The notes: a model not told the origin generated them from the letters alone. A stretch of DNA of 64,000 nt from Octopus vulgaris (GCA_951406725.2 OX597819.1:50654001-50718000); one strand, 5' to 3'. Positions 1 to 13,414 are shown, numbered from the stretch's first letter. Program-made: numbers and translations.

Positions 1-239
1 TGGTGGTAAGGGTGGTGGTGGCGAAGATGATGGTGGTTGTAGTGAAGGTGGTGGTGGTGATAGTGGTGGTCGAGGTGACGATGATGGTTGTGGTGGCAGA
101 GGTAGTAGTGGTGGCGAATGTAGTGGTAGTGGTGAAGTCGGTGGCAGATGTAATGATGGTGTTGGTGGTAGTTGTTGTGGTGATGGTGGTGGTAGTGGTA
201 ATTGTGATGAAGATGGTAGTGGTTACTATGGTGTTGTGA
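1..239. repeat. Cryptic (GTG/GTA/GAT)n trinucleotide low-complexity tract
   Basis: Runs of gtg/gta/atg. The poly-Val ORF 3..239 is a by-product. Confidence 0.9.
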
Positions 240-308
240 TATTATATATGTATGTATGTGTGCGTGTGTGTACGTGCATGCGAGCGTGTGTGTGTATATT
301 ATATACAG

Positions 309-350
<42 letters not shown>

Positions 351-676
351 CTACGTACATATATGTATCTTCAAGTCACTTAGAATAAAGAACTCGCGAT
401 GTGGCGTCTGAACGAATCAGAATACATGGCTTGCTGGGCTTATATTTATAGGGATTAAGCGCGCCCTCACGACACGCACAACTTAACGCACATGCGCACA
501 AACATACGCGCACATACGCAAAAAAACATACATGCACATTTAAATATGTCGATGGCTTGACTAATGGACTAGATATATAGACACACAGACATATAGATAG
601 ATAGACGAATTTGGGTCAGTAGAGACATATGGCACTGTTCATGAGATGTTCAAGCTTTTTAACTCCTACCTGTATA

Positions 677-757
677 CACCTGATGAAAACGGTTTATTTT
701 TGCATAATGTGACGCTTCTATTCAGGAATAAATGACACGTCTGAAACACCTGTAGTG
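677..757 (+). ncRNA. Minimal type-I hammerhead ribozyme motif (slightly decayed, PLE-type)
   Basis: cac-CTGATGA-aaacg..long loop..cgtct-GAAAC-acct-GTA-gtg. Stem I is cac/gtg and the cleavage triplet is GUA. Confidence 0.65.
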
Positions 758-786
758 AACCACAATCCATCTGTTGTTCTTTGTTT

Positions 787-990
787 ATAAATATATTCTT
801 TTACTGTTTTATTTGTATCAGTCATTTGACTACGGCCATGTTAGAGCCTTGCTTTTAGTCGAACAAATCGACCTTAGAACTTATTCTATCGGTCTCTTTT
901 GCCGAACCGCTAAGTTACGGGACGTAAACACACCAACATCGGTTGTCAAGCGATGGTGGGGAAAACACAGACACACAAACACATACATAT
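787..990 (-). mobile_element. SINE family A, 3' half
   Basis: Shares 'cagtcatttgact.cggccatg' and 'gccgaaccgctaagttacggg.acgtaaacacacc' with the copies at 10412, 45371 and 59646. Confidence 0.9.
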
Positions 991-1013
991 ACATACATAC
1001 ACACACATATACA

Positions 1014-1049
<36 letters not shown>

Positions 1050-1455
1050 TATATATACTGATGTGCACATAGATTGACTGATATACTGATGTGCACATAG
1101 ATTGACTGATAGACAGGTAGATGAATAGACAGATACACAGACAAACAGACAAACAGATGAACATACAGAAATAGACAGATAACCAGACATGCCTCCGGCA
1201 CGTATTTCGATTGCAACTTCCTTATGCAATGAGTGCAAATATATGTAATCAGTCAAGCTAATCAATATCGCAAATTTTAATGATGATTCTAAGCAAAATT
1301 TTAAAAGCCATCTGGCTATTATACTTTCTTTTTCGTGCATGTATTGGTGTATGTCACTGTGTACATATAGACATTTACACGCACACCCGCACGCAAGCAC
1401 ACACGCGCACACGCACACACGCATACACACATGCATGCATTCATACACACATATA

Positions 1456-1755
1456 GGTGCAGGAGTGGCTGTGTGGTAAGAAGTTTGCTTCCCAATCACA
1501 TGGTTCCAGGTTCAGTCGCACTGTGTGGCACTTTGAGCAAATATCTTCTACTATAGCCCAGGGCCGACCAAAGCTTTGTGACTGGAAACGGATACTGAAA
1601 GAAGCATGTATGTGCGTGTATGTGTGTGTGTGCGAGTATGTGTGTGTATGTGTTTTGTATGTGTGTGTTTGTGTGTTTGTGTATGTGTGTGTGTGCATAT
1701 TTGTGCTTATGTTTGCCCCTTTAAGTGAGCGGTTTGGCAAAATAAATCGATAAAA
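1456..1755 (+). mobile_element. SINE family A (tRNA-derived head, internal TG/TA microsatellite)
   Basis: Head 'ggtgcaggagtggctgtgtggtaag...ggttcagtc' with Pol III A/B-box-like motifs. Multicopy in the window. Confidence 0.9.
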
Positions 1756-1935
1756 TAGTTATGAAACATGCAAAAGGTAATATATATATATGTATGTGTG
1801 TATGTGTGTGTATATGTGTGTATGTATTCGTGTATGTATGTTCTTATGTGTGTGCATGCATGCGTGTATGTATGAATATGTGTGTGTGTGTATATGTACG
1901 TAAGTATGCATGCATGGATGTATGTATGTACGTAT

Positions 1936-1990
<55 letters not shown>

Positions 1991-2619
1991 TATATATCTC
2001 ACAGGTCCTGGCGGGGTGTGAAGCTATGGCATTTCTAGAGAATCACTTAACCCGAATACTGGTCTATCAACACTTGTCGAGTTCTAGAACCAAGCTGGAA
2101 TGCTTCAAGCGCAGAAAATACTGGTTTCATTTTGATCACACCATAGTGTGGATTTCGCGAAGAATAAATGATAATCTAAAAAATAAGAAGACTAGGAAAT
2201 TCTTTAATACACACACACATACATAGTGCACTGTTCCGTGATAGGAAGGTCAACATGAAAATTACTCCATCTGGTGAGAGAGGAATATTATCTAATATAC
2301 ACAGTATACGTTTTTATTAGCTACTAATAGTCTTATGAGATGAAAAACAACTCAGACAGCATTGTATAACACGTCTGGTCCTTCATGCAATCATCAGGCT
2401 CTGCCTACGTGGCATAACTAATTAAAACAGGGTGATAAGATAAGAGCTACTACGAGGAAAAACGAAAATGAAGTAAATGTTAAAAGTGGAAAGTTGAAAA
2501 CACCGGAAAAAGAAAAGAAAACTGAAAAAAGAGATGAAATAGAGTTATGTCCCCTTTGTCCATAAAATTATAGGGCTGAATGAATAGGGGCCAAGAGCCT
2601 GTGGTATGACTATTCAATC

Positions 2620-2651
<32 letters not shown>

Positions 2652-2659
2652 TGTTTTCT

Positions 2660-3130
2660 AAGTCGCCAACTGGAACTTATTCATATGTTTACATACGCTG
2701 AAAATTTCAGATCAAATTTAGCAGTGTGGTAGATTTCTTAGATATGAACAAGTTCTGTGTCCTTTCAGCATAACTTGTATTTCTTTGGTCCGTTGACATA
2801 TGGTGTGGACTTTTCAACAATTTTCCACTTGATTGTATGTGGTGTAGCGTTAGAGTTTAAACCCCATACGCGGCCACCTAACTTAGTGTCTTTAATTTTG
2901 TCTCTGTGACGGAAGGAACATACGTGGTTAACATAACGATTTTTGAAGTCGCCTTCACAAAGCCCGATGTAGCTCTTCTTTCCGGTTATCATCAAGCGTT
3001 ACTGTAACTTCTGCCTCATATAAAAAGGATCTAATAATGCATGAAAAGGTTTCTGGGTCTCGGCAGTTACAAAGGGGTGACGGCTCTTGGTGGTAATTAC
3101 GTGATGCTCTTCATCTAGGGGCAGCAGCTA
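2660..3130 (-). pseudogene. Penelope-like element (Neptune-type) GIY-YIG endonuclease C-terminal fragment, decayed
   Basis: CNCR...FLYEAEVTV...SYIGLCEGDFKNRYVNHVCSFRH...IKWKIVEKSTPYVNGPKKYKLC...CKHMNKF matches the PLE GIY-YIG pattern. Contains stops and frameshifts. Confidence 0.85.
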
Positions 3131-3368
3131 TATGACTGTTTAATATTTTTCTGTAACTGTGATTTTTTGGAAAATGTTAGTCTAAGACAGACAAGAGGAG
3201 GAGGGGAATGAGAAGAAGAAATAGTTGTAGTAGTAGTAGTAGTAGTAGTAATAGAGGAAGAAGAAATAGAGCAGGATGAAGAAATAAGGGAAGCAGGAGG
3301 AAGAGGCGGAGGAGAAGAAAACAAGAAGGAGGAGAAGTGGGATGCGGAGAAGATGATAATAATAATAT

Positions 3369-3399
<31 letters not shown>

Positions 3400-3454
3400 A
3401 AGAAGAAGAAGAAGAAGAAGAAGAAGAAGAAGAAGAAGAAGAAGAAGAAGAAGA
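3369..3454. repeat. (AAG)n microsatellite within a larger trinucleotide-rich tract (about 3190-3640)
   Basis: Perfect aag repeats. Confidence 0.95.
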
Positions 3455-4029
3455 ACCGAAACCAAATTAACCGCTGCCGCCGCAACTTCTGGCGCCACCG
3501 CCACTGTTTTAGGCAGCACCGAAACCACCACCACCACCACACCACCACCACAAGCACTCCCGAATCTAGTACCACCACCACCACCATCATGCCCAACACC
3601 ACTGCCACTAATACCACCGTCATCACCACCACCACCACCACAAGTCTCAACAGCCAAAACAGAGATTCACTTTTACTGAGACCTTGTAACTACGCTAACT
3701 TTTCCAAGCCATCTATTTTGGTGCACATTGGTTGTCGTAATTCCAACTACGTCGACTACGACGATGACAAACGCTGACACAGCCCCAGGCAGTTCAATCC
3801 TAGCTCTACTTCAAGACTCCAGCCTCTACATACCGCTAAACTCTAAACAATTACGCAGCTCCACACTCCGTCTAACTTCTCCATATTGCCACCGTCGCTG
3901 CTGCTGCCGCCACCGCCGCCGCAAATCTTGGTTCAGTTCCCTCCACGTCCCACTACACACACACACACACAAACCAACACGCTTGCACCCCCCCTTGCAC
4001 GCACGCACTCACGCAAACACATGCACACA

Positions 4030-4068
<39 letters not shown>

Positions 4069-4659
4069 ACCCGTGCTAGAAAAGTGTCTAATGCATGCCT
4101 TATTAGGGACAATAAAATGGACACCCAGGCAGCTTATTATCTCATCATAGAAGGAAATAGAAGGGGGAGGGAGAAAGGAGACAACAAGAGAGAAAGAGAG
4201 AGGGGGTGGAGGGGGAGAGATAGAGAAAGAGGGATGGAGAAAAAGACAGAAAGAAGAAGGGGGTGTGGTGCAGGTGGACTAGAAAGGGAGGTAAGGAATA
4301 TAAGAACGAGTATTGGGAATAAGAGAGGAGAGAGATAGAGGGAGGAGAAGAGAGAAGAGAGAGGAGAGATAAAGGAAAGAAGAGAGAGAAAGAGGGGAGG
4401 GAAAAGAAGGGGAAGAGAAAGGGAGGGGAAGAGAAAGGGAGGGGAAGAGAAAGGCGTAATGGAGAGTGGGAGTAAGGGATGATTAAGAAGATTACATCGT
4501 TTGCTGATAGAGGTTATGCACACACACACACACACGCCCAGCGCACCAACATATACTCTCACACATACAAACATACACACGCACATGTATATAACCATTT
4601 ACACGCACAACAATGTATGTATGTTTGTACGTATGCATAAATGTATACATACATATACA

Positions 4660-4691
<32 letters not shown>

Positions 4692-4816
4692 AATATATAT
4701 ATATATATATATACTGGAGTAAGTACATAAATGTGAAACAAGGTAGAAAGAGAGTACTCAAATACCAGGGGTAGAGCAATATGCTTTATTTAAAAGAAGC
4801 AGAGACATAACAAAAG

Positions 4817-4849
4817 CTGTTACTCAGAGTTTCACGTTCCCGTCGGACA
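4817..4849 (-). ncRNA. Decayed hammerhead motif, CCGA-core family
   Basis: Minus strand reads tgt-CCGACG-ggaacgt-GAAAC-tctga-GTA-acag. Same family as 24781, with a small deletion at A9/stem II. Confidence 0.5.
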
Positions 4850-5179
4850 TTTCACTGTTTTCTATCTGTCGCTCTCTCTCCCTCTTCCTCCTTTAATCTC
4901 TATCTCGTTGCTCCCACATGACCATCGTCCATATTTCCTTTCCTCTCGGGATCATCTTTCTTTTCCTTCTATCTGTTGTGCAGTCCAGATGCATTCCTAT
5001 CTGTCTCTTCTTCTATCTTTTCTCTTATCAAAGAATCTTCTTCCAGCGTTCGCTACCTTACCTTGATGCAGATTCAGCAATTACGGCAGTTATACTTTGG
5101 AACCATCGGGGTTGTAATGCTTAACTAGCTAATGTGGCGGTAGTGGGTAATTTCATGATAAAGAATTGGGCTATTTTAT

Positions 5180-5500
5180 ATTTCATTTTTTATTTGTATG
5201 CTTTGAGTGCCTTTTTCGTTCGTAGGTCGTTCATCAACGGGATATTTTGATAGATGATGCAGTATACTTCCATGTATCTCGGATGGTGTATTGATATATA
5301 CAAGGCAAAGTATTAAGTTTACCAGGAGTACTTCTGGTGGTTCGTAATTCTCGGGTATCTAACAGTTTTACACACTAGATCAGAGGCTTTCTAGATTAGG
5401 AACCTCGACCAAGTATCATAGACACTCTCTGAAGAGCAGCGAAAATAAGGGCTTGTTTAGGAAATAGGTTTGAATAAAAAAGAATATGTTTAATAGAGGC
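5180..5500 (-). pseudogene. Penelope-like RT C-terminal (thumb/linker) relic
   Basis: Frameshifted minus-strand translation KLLDTRELRTTRS...LP/YISIHHPRYMEVYCIIYQNIPLMNDLRTKKALKAYK resembles the PLE 'LPYIST.NP' region. Lies upstream of the HHR at 4817 on the same strand. Confidence 0.55.
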
Positions 5501-5653
5501 CTTGTAAGTTCACATTGTTGTGTTTCTGATACAGGTGAGACAGGGGTCGGCGAGGGTTAGTGTGGGATGGAGTGGGAGTATTCCAAATTGTTGGCTACTG
5601 AATGGCTGCAGCATCTTGGCCATGAGTGTTTCTTTAGGGATATCGCCAATTAT

Positions 5654-5916
5654 GATGATGATTACAATTTCCTCCTCCTCCCCCTCATCACCATCATCAT
5701 ACTGATCCTCATCATTATCATCGGCATTATCATTATCGACATGGTCATCATCATCATCACCAACACCATCGCCATAATCATCATAATCATCATCATCATC
5801 GTCATAGTCATAGTCATCGTCGTCGTCATCATCATCATCATCGTCATCATCGTCGTCGTCTCCATCGTCGTCTATGCCGTCGGCAACGTCATCATCGTCG
5901 TCATCATAACCATCAC

Positions 5917-5957
<41 letters not shown>

Positions 5958-6067
5958 CTATCGTCATCCTCACCGTCGTCTAAGTCGTCGGCACCACCAC
6001 AATCAGTGGCGGTAGTAGTAGTAGTAGCAGTAACATTTTTACAACATCATCAACAACAACAACAACA

Positions 6068-6143
<76 letters not shown>

Positions 6144-6145
6144 GT
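5654..6145. repeat. (ATC/GTC)n, (CAA)n and (CTA)n trinucleotide tracts
   Basis: Direct inspection. Confidence 0.9.
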
Positions 6146-6590
6146 CACAGCAACAGCAACACTATCTTTTTTTTTAGTTGCAGATTTATTTGTTGCTCTT
6201 GTCTGCTGTGAATATCGATGCGACTCATAACTCTGCAGAGTGTCATCAGGTTGTTGTTATTGTTGTTATTGTTGCTGCAGTTGTCGTATTCGTCGTTGAT
6301 GTTGATCATAATGTAGCTACGGTTCCTTTCATTTCTCTCTTGTTTTTTTTTTTTTTTTTTTTTTACTTATTACTGTTGTTGTTGTGGTAGTTGTGTTTGT
6401 TGTTGTGACTGTTACTGAAGTTTGTGTTTATTGTTCCTCTTACTGTTGTTGTTTCATTATTAATATTTCTTTTGTCGATTTCTGAAGCTTTACCTCCGTA
6501 CCCAAGCTGCTCACCACTCAATTTCCGTTCGGTTGTATTATGGGAAAAGTATTAAACATTTATGTGTGTTTGTGGTTGTGTGTGTATGTA

Positions 6591-6628
<38 letters not shown>

Positions 6629-6669
6629 TGTGTGCATGCATGTAGGTATATGCAAAATTGTATAAATAA

Positions 6670-6780
<111 letters not shown>

Positions 6781-7709
6781 AGTGTGTGTGTGTATGCGTC
6801 GGTATTATTATATGTATATATGTATGTGTGTGTATGTACGTATGTATTCGTCGGTATCATATATGTATTTGTATATGCACATGCACATATGCACTCACAC
6901 ATCGCACATGTACACACACTCACACATACATACACACATACACACGCACACACACACATGTACACAAGCAACCATATAATGTACGAAACTCTACATAAAT
7001 ATTTATTCATATATTTACATAATTTCCTATCATGTATCATCGGACCGAGAAACAAATACACATACACACATACATACACGAACGCACACGCATACAAAGT
7101 CATAACGCACATACACGCACGCACACATTACGAGGAAGAGAAAGACTGAGAGAGAGAGACAGACAGAGAGAGGGAGAGAGAGAGAGAGAGTGAGAGAAAT
7201 ACATTTGTAATACGCATTTTATTTAGCAAACACGTTTTTACATATACTCAAACACGCACAAGATTAAGCATATATAAACATATATAAAGAAGCATATTTA
7301 TGCTCAAGTATATACGCACAACACTCCAAGTACTTATACACATCCTACCAATCCTTTCTCCCATTATACACCACATCATAAATACTCAAATAGATAGAAA
7401 GACCAACATAACCCGGTGCACATATACACATATATACACACGTACAAATAGATGCATATTGCAAGATATATATATATTGCTACTAAAGCCTGCAGTTATA
7501 TACATGTATACAACACACAACATACACCATGAAGCATGCTTTAAAACCAGAGTGACATATAAATCTAATAAAATTTATATTTCTGTTCATTACAACAGAG
7601 TTTTAAGGTCTCTCTTATTTGTTGACAACATGGACGAAATCACGGTATCTGGGTCATATGTATTTATATGAGTGTATTAGTGTATTGGCAAACATAAAAT
7701 CGCGTTTCA

Positions 7710-8339
7710 GTATGCATGTACGTATGAATGTATGTACGTATGTATGCATGTATGTATGTATGTATGTATGTATGTATGTATGTATGTATGTATGTATGTA
7801 TGTATGTATGTATGTATGTTTGTATGTATGTATATATGTGTAAGTATATGTACACACACATACTCAAACACATTTACATACATACATACATATGTATATA
7901 TATATGTACATACACAAAAACACATAGACATACACATCTATATTTAAGTATGTATGTATATATATATGTATGTATGTATATATACATATACATACATGCA
8001 TATATTTATGTACGCTTTTATGAATTTGCGTGTGTATATATATATATATGTGTGTGTGTATATATATATATACATATATATATGTTTGCATGTATATATG
8101 TATGTATGTATACGTGCATACATATGTACAAATGTACATACATAACACGTAAATATATATTTATTGATGCATAATGCAAATAATATGTGTCTCTGAGCAT
8201 AGACGTACATACGCACTCACATACATACCACATACACGTACGCCCACACACACACACACACACATAGACTCGCAAGCGTACATGTACAAACATGCATACA
8301 TCACAAACAATTATATTTATGAACGTGTAATTTAAATAC

Positions 8340-8377
<38 letters not shown>

Positions 8378-8399
8378 AATATATATATATATATGCATA

Positions 8400-8459
<60 letters not shown>

Positions 8460-8804
8460 CATATATGTATACTCACATACACACTCATATTTATGGATGC
8501 TTATTGTAAATACTATATGCATATGAATCATACAAATATATATAAAATATGTACATATAATGTATGTATATCATATACATACACGGACACACACACGCAC
8601 ACATACACACGCACACGTACATATATGTGTGTGTGTGTATTTACATACATTCATACGGACATACGCGCGCCCGCGCAAACGACACATTACATCAGAGATT
8701 TTAAGAATATCGCGAACGATCACAATACAATCACATACTTAAATGCGGACATACATACGTCCTTACACATCTAGATTTCTACACATATCGCACGAACACA
8801 CATA

Positions 8805-8836
<32 letters not shown>

Positions 8837-8870
8837 TATATCTTATATAATAATAATAATAATATATATA
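7710..8870. repeat. Compound (TATG)n/(TA)n/(CA)n microsatellite field
   Basis: Direct inspection. Similar fields occur at 6560-7200, 9585-9866, 17400-18480, 42480-42680, 43700-44400, 52700-54250 and 58300-59020. Confidence 0.95.
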
Positions 8871-9066
8871 ACATTCTTATATTTAATAAGTATATATGTA
8901 TGTGTTTATAATAAATATACGTAAGTAAATATGTATAGATTTATATATCCGTGTGCATATTGAAACAACTAAACAACAGCAAAGAGAAAAAAAATTGTAC
9001 TAAATACATCATAAATAAAACTCATATATATACAGGACAAAGTTATGTAAATCACGAGGAATCGAT

Positions 9067-9099
<33 letters not shown>

Positions 9100-9518
9100 A
9101 ATAACAACAACAACAGCCATAAACTATATTAACAATGTCATTTGAGAACTAATGTAAATTGTCAACAGAGGGTGCGGTACAAAACTATATATGATGGATA
9201 TATGGAGCCTAGCCTCAAATAGAGAATCGAAGAGACCTCCACCCCGCAGCCACCATTCAATTGTAAAATACGCAAACACTGTATATTTATGAATAGATAT
9301 GCTTACAATAAGGGTGGGTGTGAGATGATTGTTGAACGCGTGTGGTTGTGCCTGGTGAGATGTGAGGTGGCGTTTGTGAAGCTAGGTTTGGTGAGGATGC
9401 AGCAAAAGATGAACTGTGCGTTAATGTGTGAGAAAGGAGAGCGGGTGAACGTATATTGTTGTGGAATTGTCATTGTAGTGTGAGTAAGGAAATCAAAACC
9501 GAAGGAATGTTTGTTTGA

Positions 9519-9565
<47 letters not shown>

Positions 9566-9580
9566 GAATGTTTGTTTGTG

Positions 9581-9652
<72 letters not shown>

Positions 9653-9653
9653 C

Positions 9654-9732
<79 letters not shown>

Positions 9733-9738
9733 TATATT

Positions 9739-9800
<62 letters not shown>

Positions 9801-9866
9801 CATACATACATACATATATATATATATATGTGTGTGTATATATACATACATATATATATATATATA

Positions 9867-10391
9867 CTAGCAGTATTGCCCGGCGTTGTTTGGGCTTGTA
9901 AGGGAAATAACTATATAAGCATTTTTAGTGAGTTATAGCAAAAAAAATAGCAAAAAAATGCATTAAAAATGGAATAAAAAATGATGGTAATTTTGGTGTC
10001 TTCAAGCCATGAAGTCGTTGTTCTAAAAGAACGCTGGTCTCCTTGATAATGCTTTACGACGTTGATTTCCTTACACTCCCTTCCCCACAGCTTCACGAGG
10101 GAGGGAAGAAGGGGGAGAAGCAACACAGGTGCAGGCGTGACCATGGACGCCAACTCCGCCGCCATCGACACACGAAAAAATATGCGTTAAAATGAAAAAA
10201 AAATAATGTTAAATTATTTTTAAAATCGTAGACTCATCGTAGACGCGCGCTAATACCCAGACGGGCTCAATATAAATCACGACTATAAGATACCCGAATT
10301 TGGTAAAACTGCACCGCAAAATGTGGGAGTAGTTAGGAATCTAAATCGTAGGAGACAGACACTCACACAACTACAGTTTTATATATATAGA
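9867..10391 (-). mobile_element. Non-autonomous Helitron (about 525 bp)
   Basis: Minus strand starts A|TCTATATATATAAAA and ends with a GC-rich subterminal hairpin-like segment (cccaaacaacgccggg), then caatactg-CTAG|T. No TSD; inserted between A and T. Confidence 0.85.
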
Positions 10392-11107
10392 TATATATGT
10401 ATGTATATGTATTTTCATTATGTTCTTCTATTTGTTTCAGTCATTTGACTGCGGCCATGCTGGAGCACCACGTTTAAGTCGAGCAAATCGACCCCAGGAC
10501 TTATTTCTTGTGAGCCCAGTGCTTATTCTATCAGCCTCTTTTTGCCGAACCGCTAAGTTACGGGGACGTAAACTGACTATCATCAGTTGTCAAGCGATGG
10601 TGGGCGGACAGATACAGTCACACAAGCACACATACACATACATATACAAATATATACGACGGGCTTCTTTCAGTTTCCCTTTACCAAATCCTGTCACAAG
10701 GCTTTGGTCGACCCGAGGCTATAGTAGAAGACACTTACCCAAGGTGACACGCAGTGGGACTGAACCCAGAACCATGTGGTTGGTAATCAAGCTAATTTAT
10801 TTCAAAAATTTTGCCAGAGTAGCTTGCAGGCTGGACAAAAACATTGATGACGTGAATGATGAAGAAAGGATGATATTAATTGGAGAAGACAAAAAACGCC
10901 CGCCGATTTTTTGATTCTCCAAACCATTCTCTTCTCTTTTTTTTTTTTTTTTACACAGAAAAAAGACAAAACGAGGTATTGAACATCTTACTTCAGTTTT
11001 ACAATTATTGGACTTAATAGTTCATTTAAAAATTGGGGCATTAAGCCTCTTAAACACAATAACATACAATAAACATTATAAAACTGAGGCTTTTCAACCT
11101 CTAGTCA

Positions 11108-12355
11108 CTATTCCTCCCCAACGTCACTTGTGCCTGTATACTCCGCCATCATCCACGCCTCATTTAAGACGAAGGCAGGTTCTGAGTCGGCGTCGCCCGG
11201 CCACATGCGATATTCCTCGTTGAGTTCCTGCAGACTACGCATCACGGGCAACGTTATGACCTCCACAGCTATCTGCGGAGGCCATTCGGGATCCCGTGTG
11301 AAGGTTAAAGGTACTCCCTTATGATACTTTTCTACCACCTTTTCTACCTCTCCGCTCTGTAGAAGAAGACCAATAGTTCGTCTTCGTCTGGGTTCGAAAT
11401 AGTCAATTCTACCGTTGGCGGCACAATTGTCCCCAACGGTGTCTCTTCCGCTGTCGGTGACACAACCCTTACCGGCAAGGTTCCGGGACATTCCGGTGCT
11501 ATGTCACCGACTGCCTGCAATGTTCCGTTTCTCTACCTCTTCCTCTTTTTTCTTCTCAACTGAGGAGGGTGCATCTCTCCGTGACCGGGAGATTCGCTTC
11601 CCCTCCTTCATTCCAAGGATCCTTCGGTGAGTACCCATTGTTGCTCACCTTCTTCCTCTTGCGGCCCTTCTTTGCGGAGTCCTCCGCCTCCTCTGCCGTC
11701 TTCGTTCCTTCTTCTACAGAGGTCTCAATCAATTGCTCCAGGACTTTGCTTTGTTCCTGAGGACAGTTTTTCTTTATATGGCCAGGATCCAGGCACCGAT
11801 GACACCTGGGGGGTACCCTCAAGGATCACCGGATATCTACACCCGGCCATTTTCAAAAAATCTAGCATAACCAGATTCATGGCTGATTGGGTCCACAGAG
11901 TCAAAACAGCTTTTGACCCAACCCAATCAGCCGCAGGAAGAATTTTCACATTGAGGAGCCTGGCTCTGCTGCCACCCAGACCCCGATGGATAGTATCCTC
12001 TATCCACTCGGATTCTTTCTCCGGATGGTAAACCACAGACACAAGCGCTCGTCAACTTTTTCCCACAATAAGTGGGAAGAAACAAAATTTCTCTACCCTT
12101 AAAGGGCTGGCTTGCAAAACGGCGAGCCTTCTCTGGGGTGTCAAATAACAACCACACCGTTGCATATTTGACATCCCTAGAGATATACTTATTAGTTGGC
12201 AGATGTTCTGACAACTCTTGCTCAATCAGCTGCTTGGAGAAGACGGCAATGATGTCGAGAACCTTCGAATACGTTCTCAACACCACCGTCCTCTCCTCTT
12301 GCTGTCTGAGTCACTCCTTAGGTGGGACAATCTCCCACTCTACAATCTTATCCGT
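11108..12355 (-). pseudogene. LINE ORF1p (gag-like; RRM-like region plus CCHC zinc knuckle), disrupted
   Basis: Stitched frames: DKIVEWEIVPPKE*LRQQEERTVVLRTYSK...ATVWLLFDTPEKARRFASQP...YPVILEG/PPRCHRCLDPGHIKKNCP (CX2CX4HX4C)...KKGRKRKK...EYTGTSDVGEE*. One stop and about three frameshifts. Confidence 0.8.
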
Positions 12356-12591
12356 ATTTTTTGGTAGGTTTTAAATTAAAAAGTCCAAAATAATAGTTCA
12401 CAAATTTCAAAAAGAAAAGAGAGAAATCAAAACAAAACAAAAGGGAAGAAGACAAAAAGCAAACAGTTCAATAAGAAAGTCACAATAGAAGAAGAAAACA
12501 ACAGTTCAACAAAATACAGCAAAAAAATAACTTCTGGGTATTCAAGTACACCAAGCCCTATGGTACTCCGATTCGAACGTGGACTGCTCCA

Positions 12592-12870
12592 CTTTCCCAT
12601 TATTGGTAAACGTTGTTGTAAAAACACACACTATTCACAAACAGCGAACAACTTTTGGTGGCAGGATACACCCCCAAACTATACTTCTCACAATGAGAAA
12701 AAAAATTTTCAGTTAATGTGAACACTTGAAATATGAGCTTTCCAATTATTGGTAAACGTTGTTGTAAAAACACACACTATTCACAAAAAGTGAATAACTT
12801 TTGGTGGCAGGATACTCCCCCAAATTATACTTCTTACAATGAGAAAATTTTTTTTTACTTAATTTGAACA
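12592..12870. repeat. Two tandem monomers of about 146 bp in the retroposon 5' leader
   Basis: 'ctttcc.attattggtaaacgttgttgtaaaaacacacactattcacaaa...ttttggtggcaggatac...caatgagaaaa' starts at 12592 and 12738. Confidence 0.9.
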
Positions 12871-13125
12871 ATATTGCTGAACTGCAAGCAGACCAAAGTC
12901 CTGAATCCAGTGAGGACTTCTTGTTTGTAAAAAATATTAGTACAGACAACAACCCCCACTAGACTCAAGAGACAAAATCTTGCAGCAGCTATTTTTTGGT
13001 CGGCTAAAACACCGCCGGCTATCTTCTTCAGTGCACAACATAATGACGCATGCGTACACTGACAACAAAGGCTCATGGGAAGTAAGCAAGCTACTCCTGC
13101 GCCTATATATATATGTATATACATA

Positions 13126-13329
13126 TAAAATACAAGAATGCAAAACATCCGGACAACTAGGTGATACAAAAGGGACAACAAAACATCCAGATAGATGATA
13201 CAAAAAGAAAAAAAAAGGACGGGGCATTTTGTCCCTTTTGTATCATCTAGTTGTCCGCATGTTTTGCGTTCTTTTCCCATTTTGCATTATATATATATAT
13301 ACATATATATAGCGGCGTACGTACACTTT

Positions 13330-13335
<6 letters not shown>
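13126..13335. mobile_element. Fold-back fragment of PLE-pLTR-like family D in (TA)n
   Basis: Inverted arms 'caagaatgcaaaacatccggacaactaggtgatacaaaagggacaa' and 'ttgtcccttttgtatcatctagttgtccgcatgttttgcgttctt'. Homologous to 35600, 36230 and 46575. Confidence 0.75.

Positions 13336-13414
<79 letters not shown>

Larger units (their letters stand above)
10795..13081 (-). mobile_element. L1/Tx1-type non-LTR retroposon carrying only ORF1 (HAL1-like), poly(A) at 10937-10952
   Basis: 12-bp TSD gtaa(t/g)caagcta. About 725-nt 5' leader, decayed ORF1, about 155-nt 3' UTR, A16 tail and no ORF2. Confidence 0.7.
10412..13103 (-). mobile_element. SINE family A copy (10412-10794 and 13082-13103) split by a 2.3-kb insertion
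   Basis: The SINE body runs to 'accatgtggttggtaatcaagcta' (10794) and resumes 'gtaagcaagcta-ctcctgcgcc' at 13082. Confidence 0.85.

Noticed and set aside
1456-1530. tRNA-like sequences (also at 15604, 21590 and 57365)
   Set aside because: They are SINE heads followed by SINE bodies, without an intact cloverleaf or acceptor stem, so they are not tRNA genes.
2350-2400. CTGATGA on the minus strand downstream of the GIY-YIG relic
   Set aside because: It is in the expected pLTR position, but GAAAC and the stems are not recoverable. Too decayed to call.
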